A stretch of DNA of 56,237 bases, from NCBI GenBank assembly GCA_031416315.1, contig JANOTL010000160.1:1-56237 (forward strand), given 5' to 3'. The translations under genes were made by a program, and so were the position numbers. The DNA is from Pseudomonadota bacterium (GTDB lineage: Bacteria; Bdellovibrionota_B; Oligoflexia; Oligoflexales; CAIYRB01). Each line of letters begins with the position of its first letter. The first letter of the stretch is position 1. Below are positions 8,435 through 19,400 of this stretch, piece by piece. The notes beneath the pieces are model-generated. The model saw nothing but the letters and a program-made list of their open reading frames with translations. It was not told where the DNA came from and did no database searches.

Positions 8435-9964
8435 ATGAGACCAAATCTGGAAGCCGCGGCACTCGACGTCAACGGGGAGCACGAGCTGAAGACGGCCGAA
8501 GGCCGGCGGATGTTCCTGCCGCGCACGCCGCTCGCCGCTTTGGGCGACGCCGCGTTTCGCGAGGCGCACGGCCTCAAGTTCAACTACGTCGCCGGCGCGA
8601 TGGCGAACGGCATCGCTTCGGTCGAGCTGGTGGTCGCGATGGCGCAAGCCGGAATGCTCGGCATCTTCGGCGCGGCGGGGCTCGCGCCGAAGGCGGTCGC
8701 GGCGGCGATCTCCCGCTTGAAGCGCGAGCTGGAGGGCCGCACTTTCGGCGTCAACTTGATCCACAGCCCGTCGGAGCCCCACGTCGAGGACGAGATCTCG
8801 CGGCTTCTCGTGCGCGAAGGCGTGCGCCTCGTCGAGGCCTCGGCCTTCTTGCGGCTGACCCTGCCGATCGTGCGGTACCGCGTCGCCGGCATCCATCGCG
8901 ACGCGGCGGGGCGGATCGTGACGCCGAACAAAGTGATCGCGAAGGTCTCCCGCGTCGAGATCGCGACGCCGTTCCTGATGCCGCCGCCGAGAGCCATGCT
9001 GCAGCAGCTGGTCGACGCGGGCGAGATCACGGCGGCAGAGGCGGAGCTCGCGGCCGAGGTTCCGGTCGCGGACGATCTCACCGCCGAGGCTGATTCCGGC
9101 GGTCATACCGACAATCGGCCGGCATTGGCGCTCATTCCGACGATGATCGCCTTGCGCGACCGGATCGCGGAGGCAGCAGGCTATCCGGCGGAGCGCTGGC
9201 CCCGCGTCGGCGCGGCCGGCGGCATCGCGACGCCGGCGGCCGCGGCGGCGGCTTTCGCGATGGGTGCGGCCTACGTCGTCACCGGGTCGGTGAATCAAGC
9301 CTGCGTCGAGTCCGGGTCGAGCGATCTGGTGCGCGGCATGCTCGCCGGCGCGAAGCAGGCCGACGTCGCGATGGCGCCGGCGGCCGACATGTTCGAGATG
9401 GGCGTGAAGGTCCAGGTGCTGAAGCACCAGACGATGTTCCCGATGCGCGCGGCTAAGCTCTACGAGCTCTATTCGAAGCATCGCGCCCTAGACGAGATCC
9501 CGACGGCGGAGAGAGAGCAACTGGAAAAACAGTGGTTCCGTGCGCCGATGGCGGAGGTCTGGGAGAAGACGCGGGCGTACTTCGCGGCGCGCGATCCAGC
9601 ACAGATCGAGCGCGCGGAGCGCGACCCAAAGCACAAGATGGCCTTGGTCTTCCGGAGCTACCTCGGCCAGTCTTCGCACTGGGCGAATGCCGGCCTCGAA
9701 GACCGGAAGTTCGATTTTCAGATCTGGTGCGGCCCGGCGATGGGCGCCTTCAACGAGTGGGCGCGCGGAACGCATCTGGAGCAGCCCGAAGCGCGGTGCG
9801 TCGCGAACGTCGCGCGCAACATCTTGTTCGGCGCCGCCGTGCAGGTGCGACTCAACATGCTGCGTCTCCAGGGCGCGCCGGCGGCGGAAGTCGCTATGGT
9901 GCGTTTTCGGCCGCAGCCGGACGACGAGCTGATGCGTCGGCTCGAAAGCGGGAGTGGCGGGTGA
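8435..9964 (+). CDS. pfaD: PfaD, FMN-dependent enoyl reductase of PUFA synthase
   Basis: Motifs YVAGAMANGIAS, FGVNLIHSP, EASAFL, AEADSGGHTDNRP, GAAGGI, APAADMFEMGVKVQVLK and FQIWCGPAMGAFN. Confidence 0.95.
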   Translation: MRPNLEAAALDVNGEHELKTAEGRRMFLPRTPLAALGDAAFREAHGLKFNYVAGAMANGIASVELVVAMAQAGMLGIFGAAGLAPKAVAAAISRLKRELEGRTFGVNLIHSPSEPHVEDEISRLLVREGVRLVEASAFLRLTLPIVRYRVAGIHRDAAGRIVTPNKVIAKVSRVEIATPFLMPPPRAMLQQLVDAGEITAAEAELAAEVPVADDLTAEADSGGHTDNRPALALIPTMIALRDRIAEAAGYPAERWPRVGAAGGIATPAAAAAAFAMGAAYVVTGSVNQACVESGSSDLVRGMLAGAKQADVAMAPAADMFEMGVKVQVLKHQTMFPMRAAKLYELYSKHRALDEIPTAEREQLEKQWFRAPMAEVWEKTRAYFAARDPAQIERAERDPKHKMALVFRSYLGQSSHWANAGLEDRKFDFQIWCGPAMGAFNEWARGTHLEQPEARCVANVARNILFGAAVQVRLNMLRLQGAPAAEVAMVRFRPQPDDELMRRLESGSGG

Positions 9965-12900
9965 TGGCAGGAACCGAGATCGCGATCGTCGGGATGGGCT
10001 GCCTTTTTCCGCAGGCGGACGGCGTCGCCGCTTTCTGGGAGCGCGTGCGCCGCGGCGCCGACGCGATCGGCGCGGTCCCCGCCACCCATTGGCGGCCGGA
10101 GGATTTTTACGATCAGGACAAGAAGGCGCCGGATCGCACCTACGCGCGCCGCGGCGCCTTTCTATCGCCCTACGCCTTCAACCCCCTGGAATGGGGCATC
10201 GCGCCGAACGACCTCGAGGCGACCGACACGAGTCAGCTCCTCGGCATGGTCGTAGCACAGATGGCCTTGACCGACGCCGGTTACGGGCCGAAGCGCGCGT
10301 TCGACAAGAGCCGCGTGAGTTGCATCATGGGAATTACCGGGACGCTCGAGCTGGTGATCCCGCTCGGGGCGCGCCTCGGGCATCCGATCTGGAAGAAGGC
10401 GCTGGCGGATGCCGGCGTCGAGGCTGGCGTCGCCGCCGACGTGATGGACCGCATCCAGTCGAGCTACGTCGGCTGGCAAGAAAACTCGTTCCCCGGCCTT
10501 TTGGGCAACGTCGTGGCCGGCCGAATCGCCAACCGCCTGAATCTCGGCGGCACCAACTGCGTCGTCGACGCGGCGTGCGCGAGCTCGCTCAGCGCGCTGC
10601 ACTTGGCGACGATGGAGCTGGCCGCTGGCCGGTCCGACATGGTCGTGACGGGCGGCGTCGACACCTTCAACGACATCTTCATGTACATGTGCTTCAGCAA
10701 GACGCCGGCCCTGAGCCCGACCGGCGACGCGCGTCCGTTCGCTGCCGACGCCGACGGCACGATCCTCGGCGAGGGCCTGGGCGCCCTGATCTTGAAGCGT
10801 CTGGCCGACGCCGAGCGTGACGGCGACCGCGTGCATGCGGTGATCAAGGGCATCGGCACGTCGAGCGACGGCAAGGGCCAGGCGATCTACGCGCCGAGCG
10901 CGAGCGGGCAGGAGCGCTGCCTGCGCTCGGCCTATGCCGAAGCCGGTGTCGAGCCCGCTTCGATCGACTTGGTCGAAGGGCACGGGACGGGGACCAAGGT
11001 CGGCGACGCGGTGGAGGTGAGCGCGCTCCGGTCCGTGTTCGGCGCCGCGCCGGACGGCGCGTGGTGCGCGCTCGGCTCCGTGAAATCGCAGATCGGTCAC
11101 ACGAAGGCGGCCGCCGGCGTCGCCGGGCTGATCAAGGCGGCGCTGGCGCTCGAGCACGCGGTGATCCCGCCAACGATCAAGGTCTCCCTGCCGGCGGAGG
11201 GTCTGGCCGGCAGCGCGCTGTATTTGCCGCGGGAAGCGCGGCCCTGGCTCCGGCGCGGCACCGCGCCGCGGCGCGCGGCCGTAAGCGCGTTCGGCTTTGG
11301 CGGCAGCAACTTCCACTGCGTGCTCGAGGAGGCTCCGGAGCGTTTGGCCTTTCCCGTGCAGCGCTACGGGCGGTCGGGTGAGGCGAAGGTCTTGATCGTG
11401 CCGTTCGGCGAGGTGAGCGTCGAGGCGCTGAAAACCGCCGTGCGCGCCGAGATGGCGCGCGGCGAAGCCGATTGGCAGGAGCTTCGGCGCATGGCTGCTG
11501 GACGCCGCAGGAGCTTCGAGCGCGACGCAGAAGAGCGCCTCGTGCTCGTCGTGGCGCGCGAAGATCGCGAGACGTTTGGGGCGCTGCTCGAGCGGGCCTT
11601 GCGTCTTCTCGACGGCGAGAGCTTCGCGGCGTCCGGCGCCAACAAGATCTTGCGGGGCTCCGGCGCGCCGCTCGCGGCCGCGCAGGTGGCCGTGATGTTT
11701 CCTGGCCAGGGGGCGCAGGCGACCGGAATGCTGCGCGAGCTGGCCTGCGATTATCCCGAGTTCCGCCAGAGTCTGGAGGCGGCGAATCGTGCCGTGCAGG
11801 AGCTCGCGCCGGATGCTCGGCGCTTGAGCGACGATCTCTACCCGACCGACGTGTGGTCGGAGGACGATCGCGCGCGTGCGGAGGCGCGACTGACGGCGAC
11901 GGAACGGGCTCAGGCAGCGATCGGCGCCGTCTCGGCTGGCGCCTGGGCCGTCCTGCGCGGCTTGGGCTTGGAGCCGGGTTTGGCCTTCGGCCACAGCTTC
12001 GGGGAGCTCTGCGCCCTGCATGCGGCGGGCGTCCTCGACCTCGAAGGTTTGGCGCGCGCGGCGGCGCAGCGTGGCGCGGCGATGGCGGCGGGCGGCGGCG
12101 AGCTCGGGACGATGCTCGCGGTCTCCGCGGCGAAGCTGCGGGTCGAGGCAGCGCTCGCCGCGGCGTGCCTGACCGATGTCGTCATCGCCAACGACAATGC
12201 ACCGGAGCAGGTCGTGCTGGCGGGAACGCGCGCGGCCATCGAGGCGGCGCGGGCCGAGCTCGCCAAGCAAAAATTCGCCTGCACGTCGCTCAACGTCAGC
12301 GCCGCGTTTCACAGTCCGCTCGTGGCGGGAGCGGCGACGCCGTTCGCGGCTTTTCTCGCGGGCGAGCCCTTCGCCCAGGCGAGGATCCCGGTCTTGGCGA
12401 ATACGACGGCGGCGGCTTATCCCGAGGCGCCGGAAGCGATGCGGACCCTGCTCGCGCAACAGCTGGCAGAGCCGGTCCGGTTCGTCGAGCTCGTCCTGGC
12501 GGCCTACGACCGCGGCGCGCGGCTTTTCGTCGAGATCGGGCCCGGAGCGCGGCTTTGCGGGCTCGTGCGGCGCATCCTGCCCGAGCGGGGCGCGCGCGTG
12601 ACGGCGCTCGACGCCAAGGGCGAGGGCGGCGGCACGCTGGCGTTGGCGCGCTTGGTCGCGGAGCTCGCCGCGGCGGGCGTCGCTCTCGCGCTGGAGCGCT
12701 GGGATGCGGCGGCCGCGGAGATCGAAGCGCCGCCGGCCGTGACGAAAAAGGCGATGACGGTGCCCTTGGCCGGCGCGAATTTCGTGCGGCCGGAGCGACG
12801 TGTGGGGCGGCCGCCCGTGGTGAAGGCGGCCGCGCCCGTGCCGGCAGCGCCTTCAACCCGGTCGATTGCCACGTCGACGCCCGTGGCGTCTTCGCCTCAG

Positions 12901-15900
12901 CCGGTCGTCGCGAAAGTCGTGCCGCGTGCGGCGGCGGTTCCCGCTTCCTCGTCCGTTCCAGTCCCTCATTTTCCAACGACGGTAGGACCAATCATGTCGA
13001 ACGAGCAAACGCAGCTCACGCGCGAGACGGTGCTGGCGCTGCAGAAGATCCAAGAGCAGAGCGCGCAGCTGCATCGCGAGTTCCTCGAAGGCCAGCGCGA
13101 GACGCAGCGCCTGCTCGTCGAGCTCTTGTCCGGAGCGCCGTCGCAAGGACGCGGCCTCGCGGCCGGGGCGGCGCAGGCGCGGTTGCCGGCGGCTCCGGTG
13201 CTTCAAGCGCAGGCGCCGTTCCCGGTCGCGACCCGGCCAGCTCCGGTCGCGCCGCAGACTGTTTCTCCCTCTGTGCCCTATGCGCCGCCGATCCGCACGG
13301 GGTCGACTGCGACTCCTCCGCGTGGCGCGCCGCAAGCAGAGTCCTCGTTCGCGCCGTCGCCTGCGCCTCGGCCGACGCCCGCCGCGAAGCCGGTCCCAAG
13401 CGCCGCAACGCCGCCGAAGACTTCCGGCTCCGCCGCGACCGCCGCCACCATCCTGGCCGTGATCGCGGAGAAAACCGGCTATCCCACCGACATGCTCGAG
13501 CTAGGCATGAGCCTCGAAGGGGACCTGGGCATCGATTCGATCAAGCGCGTTGAGATCTTCTCAGAGATGTCCGCGCGGTTGCCGGCCGCGGCGGCGATTC
13601 CGACGGAGGAGTTGACGCGCTTGAAGACGCTGGCAGAGATCGTCGCCGCCGTGGATCAGGGAGCGCCAGAAGGCGAATCGCAGACGGCGTACACGCCGGC
13701 CGCGCCACCTTCTGCCGCGCCCGCTGACGGGATGGCGACAAGCGCCGCCGCGTTGATCGCCGTCATCGCCGAAAAAACCGGGTATCCCACCGACATGCTC
13801 GAGCTCGGCATGAGCCTCGAGGGCGATCTCGGCATCGACTCGATCAAGCGCGTGGAGATTTTCTCGGCTTTGCAAGAGACCCTCCCCGAGGCGCGCGCCT
13901 TGCCGCCCGAGATTCTTAGCGCCGCAAAGACGCTTGCGGAGATCGTGGCCGCGCTCGACGCGCTCGGCGGTCGCGCGGCGCCGAACGCCGCCGTAGCCAA
14001 GGCCGAGGCCCTACACCCAGCGACGCCGAGCGCGCCGCGTGCCGCAGCCCCAGTCGATCGTTACGCCGTCGACGTGACGACGCTCACGGCGCCACCCGCC
14101 GCGCGGAGGCCCGAGGGAGACGACGCGCCTTTTTTCGTCGTAGCCAGCCAGGATGACTTCCTGGCTGGCGCACTGACGGCGGAGCTCGGCGCGCGCGGCT
14201 TCAAGGCCTCGCTCCTGCCGCTGGCGTCGGCATGGGATACGCTGGCGCTGCCTCCGCGCCTCGCGGGTCTGATCCTCGTGGCGCCGGAGACGGCGCCTTC
14301 GGACGCTCGGGCGCTCGTCCCGGCGTTCGCGGCGGCCCGGCGGCTCTTGCCGCAGCTCGCCGCATCGACGGGCGGCGCGGCGGCGGTTTTCGCGACGGTC
14401 ACGCGGCTCGGGGGCCGCTTTGGCATCGATTCCGGACCAGACATCAACGATAGCTTGTTTACGGCCGGCCTGGGCGGCCTGGCGAAATCCGCGGCATGGG
14501 AATGGCCCGCGCTGCGTTGCATCGCTCTCGACGTCGAGCCCGAGGCGCGCGCCGCCGCGGCCGTCGCCGACGAGCTCACGACCGCGCGACCCGCCTCCCG
14601 GCCGGTGGAGATCGGCTGGGCCTACGGCGTGTGGCATACGACGGCGCTCACCCGCGTCGACCTGATGGCGGAAGAGGCTCGGGAAGTGCCGCAGATCACG
14701 CCGGGCGCGCTCGTCGTCGTCACGGGCGGCGCGCGCGGCGTCACCGCCGCCGTCGCCGACCGCTTGGCGCTTCTCTACCAGCCGCATTTTCTCGTTCTCG
14801 GCCGCAGCGCGGCGCCGGAAATCGAGCCTGAAGGACTTCGCGGTCTCGTCGCGGAGCCGGAGGTCAAGAATGCCCTCGTCCGCGCCAACGGCGGCCGCAT
14901 GACCCCGCGCGAGCTGAAAGAGGCCTACGATCGCGTCGTCGCGGATCGGGAGATGCGGGCGACCTTCGCCAAGCTCGAAGGTCATGGCGCCCAGGTCACG
15001 TATCGTGCCGTCGACGTGCGCGACCGAGCGGCAGTGGCGCAGAAGATCGCCGCCGCGCAGGCTCTGCACGGGCCTGTGCGCATGCTCGTGCACGGCGCGG
15101 GCGTCCTTCATGATCGTTTGATCGTCAACAAGACGCCGGAGCAGGTCGAAGCCGTGCTCGGCACGAAGCTGGAAGGCCTGGCCGCGCTCCTCGCCGCCGT
15201 CGATCCCGACGCGCTCGATGCGCTCGTGCTCTTCGCCTCGTCGACCGGGCGTTTCGGCCGCAAGGGCCAGGCCGACTACGCCGTCGCCAACGAGGCGCTC
15301 GCGAAGCTCGCATGGAGCTTTCAGCGCCGGCATCCGCGGTGCCGCACCTTGGCGCTCGACTGGGGCCCGTGGGACGGGGGCATGGTTCATTCGGGCCTGA
15401 AGAAGCTCTTCGCGTCCGAAGGCATCGAGACGATCGGCTTGAACGCCGGCGCTGCGTGCGTCACGGCTGAGCTGCAGCGTCGCAGCGACGGCCCGGCCGA
15501 GCTGGTCATCCTCGGTGCTGGATCGCGGGCCCCCGGTCCGAGCCTCGTGGCGGAGCCCGAGGCCTCAGCCGAAACGCCGCGCGAGGCGTTCCGCCTGCCG
15601 GTCTCGGTGGCCGAGCTGCCGGTGCTCGCGGATCACGTGCTGAACGGCCGCGCCGTGCTGCCGGCCGCGCTCATGATGGAGTTTCTCGCGCTCGCCGCGA
15701 CGCAACGTCACCCTGGGCTAACGCTCGCGGGCTTCGAGGATTTCCGCGTCCTGCGCGGACTCACGCTCGGCGCCGAGGAGCGCGTCGCTTTGATCGGCCG
15801 CGCGGGGCCCTTGCGCCGCGAGGCGGACGGTCTTTTCGTCACGACCGTCGAGCTCGTCTCGGAGGCTACCGACTCCGGACCATTGCGCCACCACGCGCAC

Positions 15901-16449
15901 GCCGTCGCCATTCTCGCCCAGACCTTGGCCCCGGCCAGGCCAGCCGAGCTCGGCGCGCCGCTCGGCTCCTACCCGCGAACGATCGACGCGGCTTATGCCG
16001 AGGTCCTTTTCCATGGGGCGGCCATGCAGCTTTTGGCCGGCGTCACCGGCTTGGACGAGACGGGAATCGCCGCCGCCCTGGCACCAGAGCCCTTGCCCTC
16101 GGCCTGGCTAGCATCGCCACCGCGCGCCACGTGGCTCACGGCCCCCGGACCGCTCGACGCGGCGTTTCAGCTGATGATCCTCTGGAGCGCCGAGACGCTC
16201 GGCGCCGTCTCCTTGCCCGCGGCCGTGCGGCGCTTTCGTCGGCATGCGGGCGGGAAGCCCGTCGCGATGCGCCTCAGGCTGCGGCAGACCGAGGCGGCGC
16301 GCGCCGTCGCGGACGTCGAGGCGCTCGATCTCGAAGGCCGCGCCGTCCTCACGCTCGAAGGCATCGAGGCGACGATCGAGCCGAGCCTCGCCGCCGCGTT
16401 CCGGCGCAATCGCCTCGCAGCGCCAGAACGGGGCGCCGCACGTCCATGA
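9964..16449 (+). CDS. pfaA: PfaA-type PUFA synthase subunit: KS-MAT-ACP-ACP-KR-DH
   Basis: KS: WQENSFPGLLGNV, DAACASS, EGHGTGTKVGD, GHTKAAAG. AT: FPGQG, GHSFGE, AFHS. Two ACPs: LGIDSIKRVEI twice (about 13450-13650 and 13750-13960). KR: TGGARGVT, YAVANE. DH: HVLNGRAVLPAA. The start overlaps the pfaD stop (TGATG). Confidence 0.95.
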   Translation: MAGTEIAIVGMGCLFPQADGVAAFWERVRRGADAIGAVPATHWRPEDFYDQDKKAPDRTYARRGAFLSPYAFNPLEWGIAPNDLEATDTSQLLGMVVAQMALTDAGYGPKRAFDKSRVSCIMGITGTLELVIPLGARLGHPIWKKALADAGVEAGVAADVMDRIQSSYVGWQENSFPGLLGNVVAGRIANRLNLGGTNCVVDAACASSLSALHLATMELAAGRSDMVVTGGVDTFNDIFMYMCFSKTPALSPTGDARPFAADADGTILGEGLGALILKRLADAERDGDRVHAVIKGIGTSSDGKGQAIYAPSASGQERCLRSAYAEAGVEPASIDLVEGHGTGTKVGDAVEVSALRSVFGAAPDGAWCALGSVKSQIGHTKAAAGVAGLIKAALALEHAVIPPTIKVSLPAEGLAGSALYLPREARPWLRRGTAPRRAAVSAFGFGGSNFHCVLEEAPERLAFPVQRYGRSGEAKVLIVPFGEVSVEALKTAVRAEMARGEADWQELRRMAAGRRRSFERDAEERLVLVVAREDRETFGALLERALRLLDGESFAASGANKILRGSGAPLAAAQVAVMFPGQGAQATGMLRELACDYPEFRQSLEAANRAVQELAPDARRLSDDLYPTDVWSEDDRARAEARLTATERAQAAIGAVSAGAWAVLRGLGLEPGLAFGHSFGELCALHAAGVLDLEGLARAAAQRGAAMAAGGGELGTMLAVSAAKLRVEAALAAACLTDVVIANDNAPEQVVLAGTRAAIEAARAELAKQKFACTSLNVSAAFHSPLVAGAATPFAAFLAGEPFAQARIPVLANTTAAAYPEAPEAMRTLLAQQLAEPVRFVELVLAAYDRGARLFVEIGPGARLCGLVRRILPERGARVTALDAKGEGGGTLALARLVAELAAAGVALALERWDAAAAEIEAPPAVTKKAMTVPLAGANFVRPERRVGRPPVVKAAAPVPAAPSTRSIATSTPVASSPQPVVAKVVPRAAAVPASSSVPVPHFPTTVGPIMSNEQTQLTRETVLALQKIQEQSAQLHREFLEGQRETQRLLVELLSGAPSQGRGLAAGAAQARLPAAPVLQAQAPFPVATRPAPVAPQTVSPSVPYAPPIRTGSTATPPRGAPQAESSFAPSPAPRPTPAAKPVPSAATPPKTSGSAATAATILAVIAEKTGYPTDMLELGMSLEGDLGIDSIKRVEIFSEMSARLPAAAAIPTEELTRLKTLAEIVAAVDQGAPEGESQTAYTPAAPPSAAPADGMATSAAALIAVIAEKTGYPTDMLELGMSLEGDLGIDSIKRVEIFSALQETLPEARALPPEILSAAKTLAEIVAALDALGGRAAPNAAVAKAEALHPATPSAPRAAAPVDRYAVDVTTLTAPPAARRPEGDDAPFFVVASQDDFLAGALTAELGARGFKASLLPLASAWDTLALPPRLAGLILVAPETAPSDARALVPAFAAARRLLPQLAASTGGAAAVFATVTRLGGRFGIDSGPDINDSLFTAGLGGLAKSAAWEWPALRCIALDVEPEARAAAAVADELTTARPASRPVEIGWAYGVWHTTALTRVDLMAEEAREVPQITPGALVVVTGGARGVTAAVADRLALLYQPHFLVLGRSAAPEIEPEGLRGLVAEPEVKNALVRANGGRMTPRELKEAYDRVVADREMRATFAKLEGHGAQVTYRAVDVRDRAAVAQKIAAAQALHGPVRMLVHGAGVLHDRLIVNKTPEQVEAVLGTKLEGLAALLAAVDPDALDALVLFASSTGRFGRKGQADYAVANEALAKLAWSFQRRHPRCRTLALDWGPWDGGMVHSGLKKLFASEGIETIGLNAGAACVTAELQRRSDGPAELVILGAGSRAPGPSLVAEPEASAETPREAFRLPVSVAELPVLADHVLNGRAVLPAALMMEFLALAATQRHPGLTLAGFEDFRVLRGLTLGAEERVALIGRAGPLRREADGLFVTTVELVSEATDSGPLRHHAHAVAILAQTLAPARPAELGAPLGSYPRTIDAAYAEVLFHGAAMQLLAGVTGLDETGIAAALAPEPLPSAWLASPPRATWLTAPGPLDAAFQLMILWSAETLGAVSLPAAVRRFRRHAGGKPVAMRLRLRQTEAARAVADVEALDLEGRAVLTLEGIEATIEPSLAAAFRRNRLAAPERGAARP

Positions 16450-19400
16450 GCTCCGCCGCGCCGCGCATCGCCATCGTCGGAATGGCGCTCCGGTTCGCCG
16501 GGGCGTCCGAGCCCGAGGCCTTCGCGCGTCTCGTCGAGGGCGGCGTCGACGCCTCGAGCGGCGTGCCGGACGGACGCTGGCCTTTGGCCCCCGAGGCGGT
16601 CGTCACCGCCGGTGCCTTGGGAATTCCGGGTCGCGTTCCCGCGGCTCGCGGCTATTTTTTGCGACCGGAAGCGAGCGACTGTGCGGACCTGCGCGGCCTC
16701 GGGCTCGATCCTCTGTTCGGCCTGACGCTCGCGGTCGGGCGTGAAGCCTACGCCTCGTGCAGAAACGCCGACCTCGATTTGCGCCGTGTCGGCCTCATCC
16801 TCGGCAACTTGGCTTTGCCGACGACGGCCTCGTCGCAGCTCGCCCAGGAGCTCGTCGGCGCCGCGTTTCTCGAGCGCGCGCACGGTCTCGCGCCTTTGGA
16901 CGCGCTCGGCGTCGCGCCCGCGAATGCTGCAGTCGCGGGTCTGCCGACCTTACTCCTAGCTCGCAAGCTGGGCCTCGGCGGGACGTGCTTCGCCCTGGAT
17001 GCGGCATGCGCGTCGACCCTGTACGCCTTGCGTTTCGCGATGCGTGAGCTGAGCTCCGGCCGCGCGGACGCGATGATCGCGGGCGGCGTCTCGCGTCCCG
17101 ACCCTTTCTACACGCAAATGGGCTTCGCGCAGCTGAGGGCCCTGGCGCCCGACGGCGTCAGCCGCCCGTTCGACGAGCGCGCGGGCGGTCTCGTGGTCGG
17201 CGAGGGCGCGGGGATGTTCGTGCTGAAGCGTTTGGACGACGCCCTGCGCGAAGGCGACCGCATCCTCGGCTTGATCACCGGGGCGGGTGTCTCCAATGAT
17301 CTCGACTCTGGCATGATGGCGCCGAGCAGCGAGGGCCAGCTGCGCGCGCTGCGCGACGCCTATCTCGAGGCCGGCTGGGATCCGCGCGACGTCGACTTCA
17401 TCGAGGCGCACGCGACCGGCACGCCGCTCGGCGACCAGGTCGAGGTGGAAAGCCTAAAATCCCTGTGGCGCGAGGCGGGCGGAGCGATCGGGAAGCATGT
17501 GCCGCTCGGCTCCGTCAAGGCGAACGTCGGTCACCTCTTGACCGCAGCCGGCGCCTCGAGCTTAGCGAAGGCGCTCTTGGCGATCGAGCGCAAAACGGTC
17601 GCACCGACGGCGAACTTCACCGCGCCGGCCGCGCGCCTCGCGCTCGAGGACGGACCGTTCGAGATCCTACGCGAGCCGCGGCAGCTGGAGAAAAGGGGGC
17701 CGCTGCGCGCCGCGATCAGCGGCTTCGGCTTCGGCGGCATCAATGCGCATCTCTTGATCGAAGAATGGTGCGGTCAGACGGAGCGCGCGCCGGCTCGGAA
17801 AGCGCCGGCCCCCCGTGAGGTGGCGATCGTCGGCGTCGGTGCGAGCACGGGACGCTTCGAGAGCTTCGCGAACCTCGCGACCGCGCGAGCGGTCCCGCCG
17901 CCGCCCTGGATGGGGCTCGAGGAAACGCGGACGTTCGCGAATCTGATCGGGACTTTGGCGCCGGCGCTGGCGGTGCACGAGCTCGAGCTCGACGCCGCGG
18001 CCTTGCGCTTGCCGCCGGCGGAGCTGCAGGATCTCAATCCGCAGCAACTCCTTGCCCTCGCCGCGGCGACCGAAGCGGCGCGAGCGGGCGGGCTCACGCC
18101 GGGCGGCAGGCAGCCGAGGGCCGGCGTTTACCTCGGAATGGCGCTGGACGGGGCGACGAACCACTTCAGTTGCCGGTTCGCGCACGGGGATGCCGCGAGC
18201 TTCGTGCCGGAGATGACGGCGACCCGGGTCATGGGCAATCTCGCGAGCGTGGCGGCCAGCCGGATCGCGCGCGCCTTCGGGCTCGGCGGCCTCGGCATCG
18301 CGGTCGCGGCGGAAGCGGAATCGGGGCTGCGGGCGCTTGGGCTTGCGGTCGAGGCGATTCGGCGGGGCGAGCTGGATCTCGCGATGGCGGGGGGAGTCGA
18401 CTGCGCGGCGCAGTACCTGAATGCGCAAGCACGCAGACTGGGAAGAGGCGGGGAGGCGAAGACGACCGAGGACGTGGCGGTGATGCTCGTCTTGAAGGAT
18501 TTGGCAGGCGCGCTGAGGGATGGTGATCGGGTGCTGGGGGTGATTGGCGTCGACGTCGGCGAAGACGCCGACGCTCGCGTCGGACCCGCCGTCCGTCTCG
18601 ATGAGGATTTCGAGCACGGCGCAGCGACCGGTCTCCTCTCGATCGCGCGCGCCGTATCGATGTTGAGCACGGCGCTACTGCCGCATGGCGATTACTGGCT
18701 TCGCGATCGGATCGCAGGACCGCGCGAGCTCTGCCTCTCCGGATTCCGGCTGCGAGAAGGTCCCGGTCAGCACCCGCATTTTGCCGCGCCGTCCCTGGCG
18801 CGACAGGCCCTCTTTCTCGTCGCCGCGGCGACGCGGCCAAAGCTCGTGCTCGCCGTCGAGTCGCTTTTCGCGACGCTCGAGGCGTCGCCGCTCGCGGCCT
18901 GGCCGCGGCTGGCCGCGGATACTTGGGAGGATGCGACCCTCGCCGCGGCGACCGGGGGAACGCGGTGGCGCGCCGCATTCCATTGGTCGGGCGACCCGGA
19001 TGCCGTCGCGTCTTGGCGCGCGGCGTCGTCGGCCGGCCGCGTCAGCGACGAGGCTTGCGGCTTTTGGCTTGCGGACGGCGCGGACGATCCGCCGCGGCTG
19101 GCTTTCCTTTTTCCCGGCGCGGGAAGCCACTATCAGCAGATGGGGCGCGAGCTCGCCTCGGCATTTCCCGCGTTGATGGAGCGGCAGGATCGCGAGTCCG
19201 CGCGCTTGCGCTCGCAGTGGAGCCCTGAATCGTTCTGGAAGGACGGGGCGGCCCAGCCGGAGATGGTCGAGGCGCTGGGCGGACCGTGCGCGCTGGCGGC
19301 GCTCGTCGTCGACACCTTGGCGGCGCTCGGCGTCGCGCCGGATGCGACGATCGGCTATAGCCTCGGCGAGTCGGCGGCCTTGCTCGCGATGCGCGCGTGG

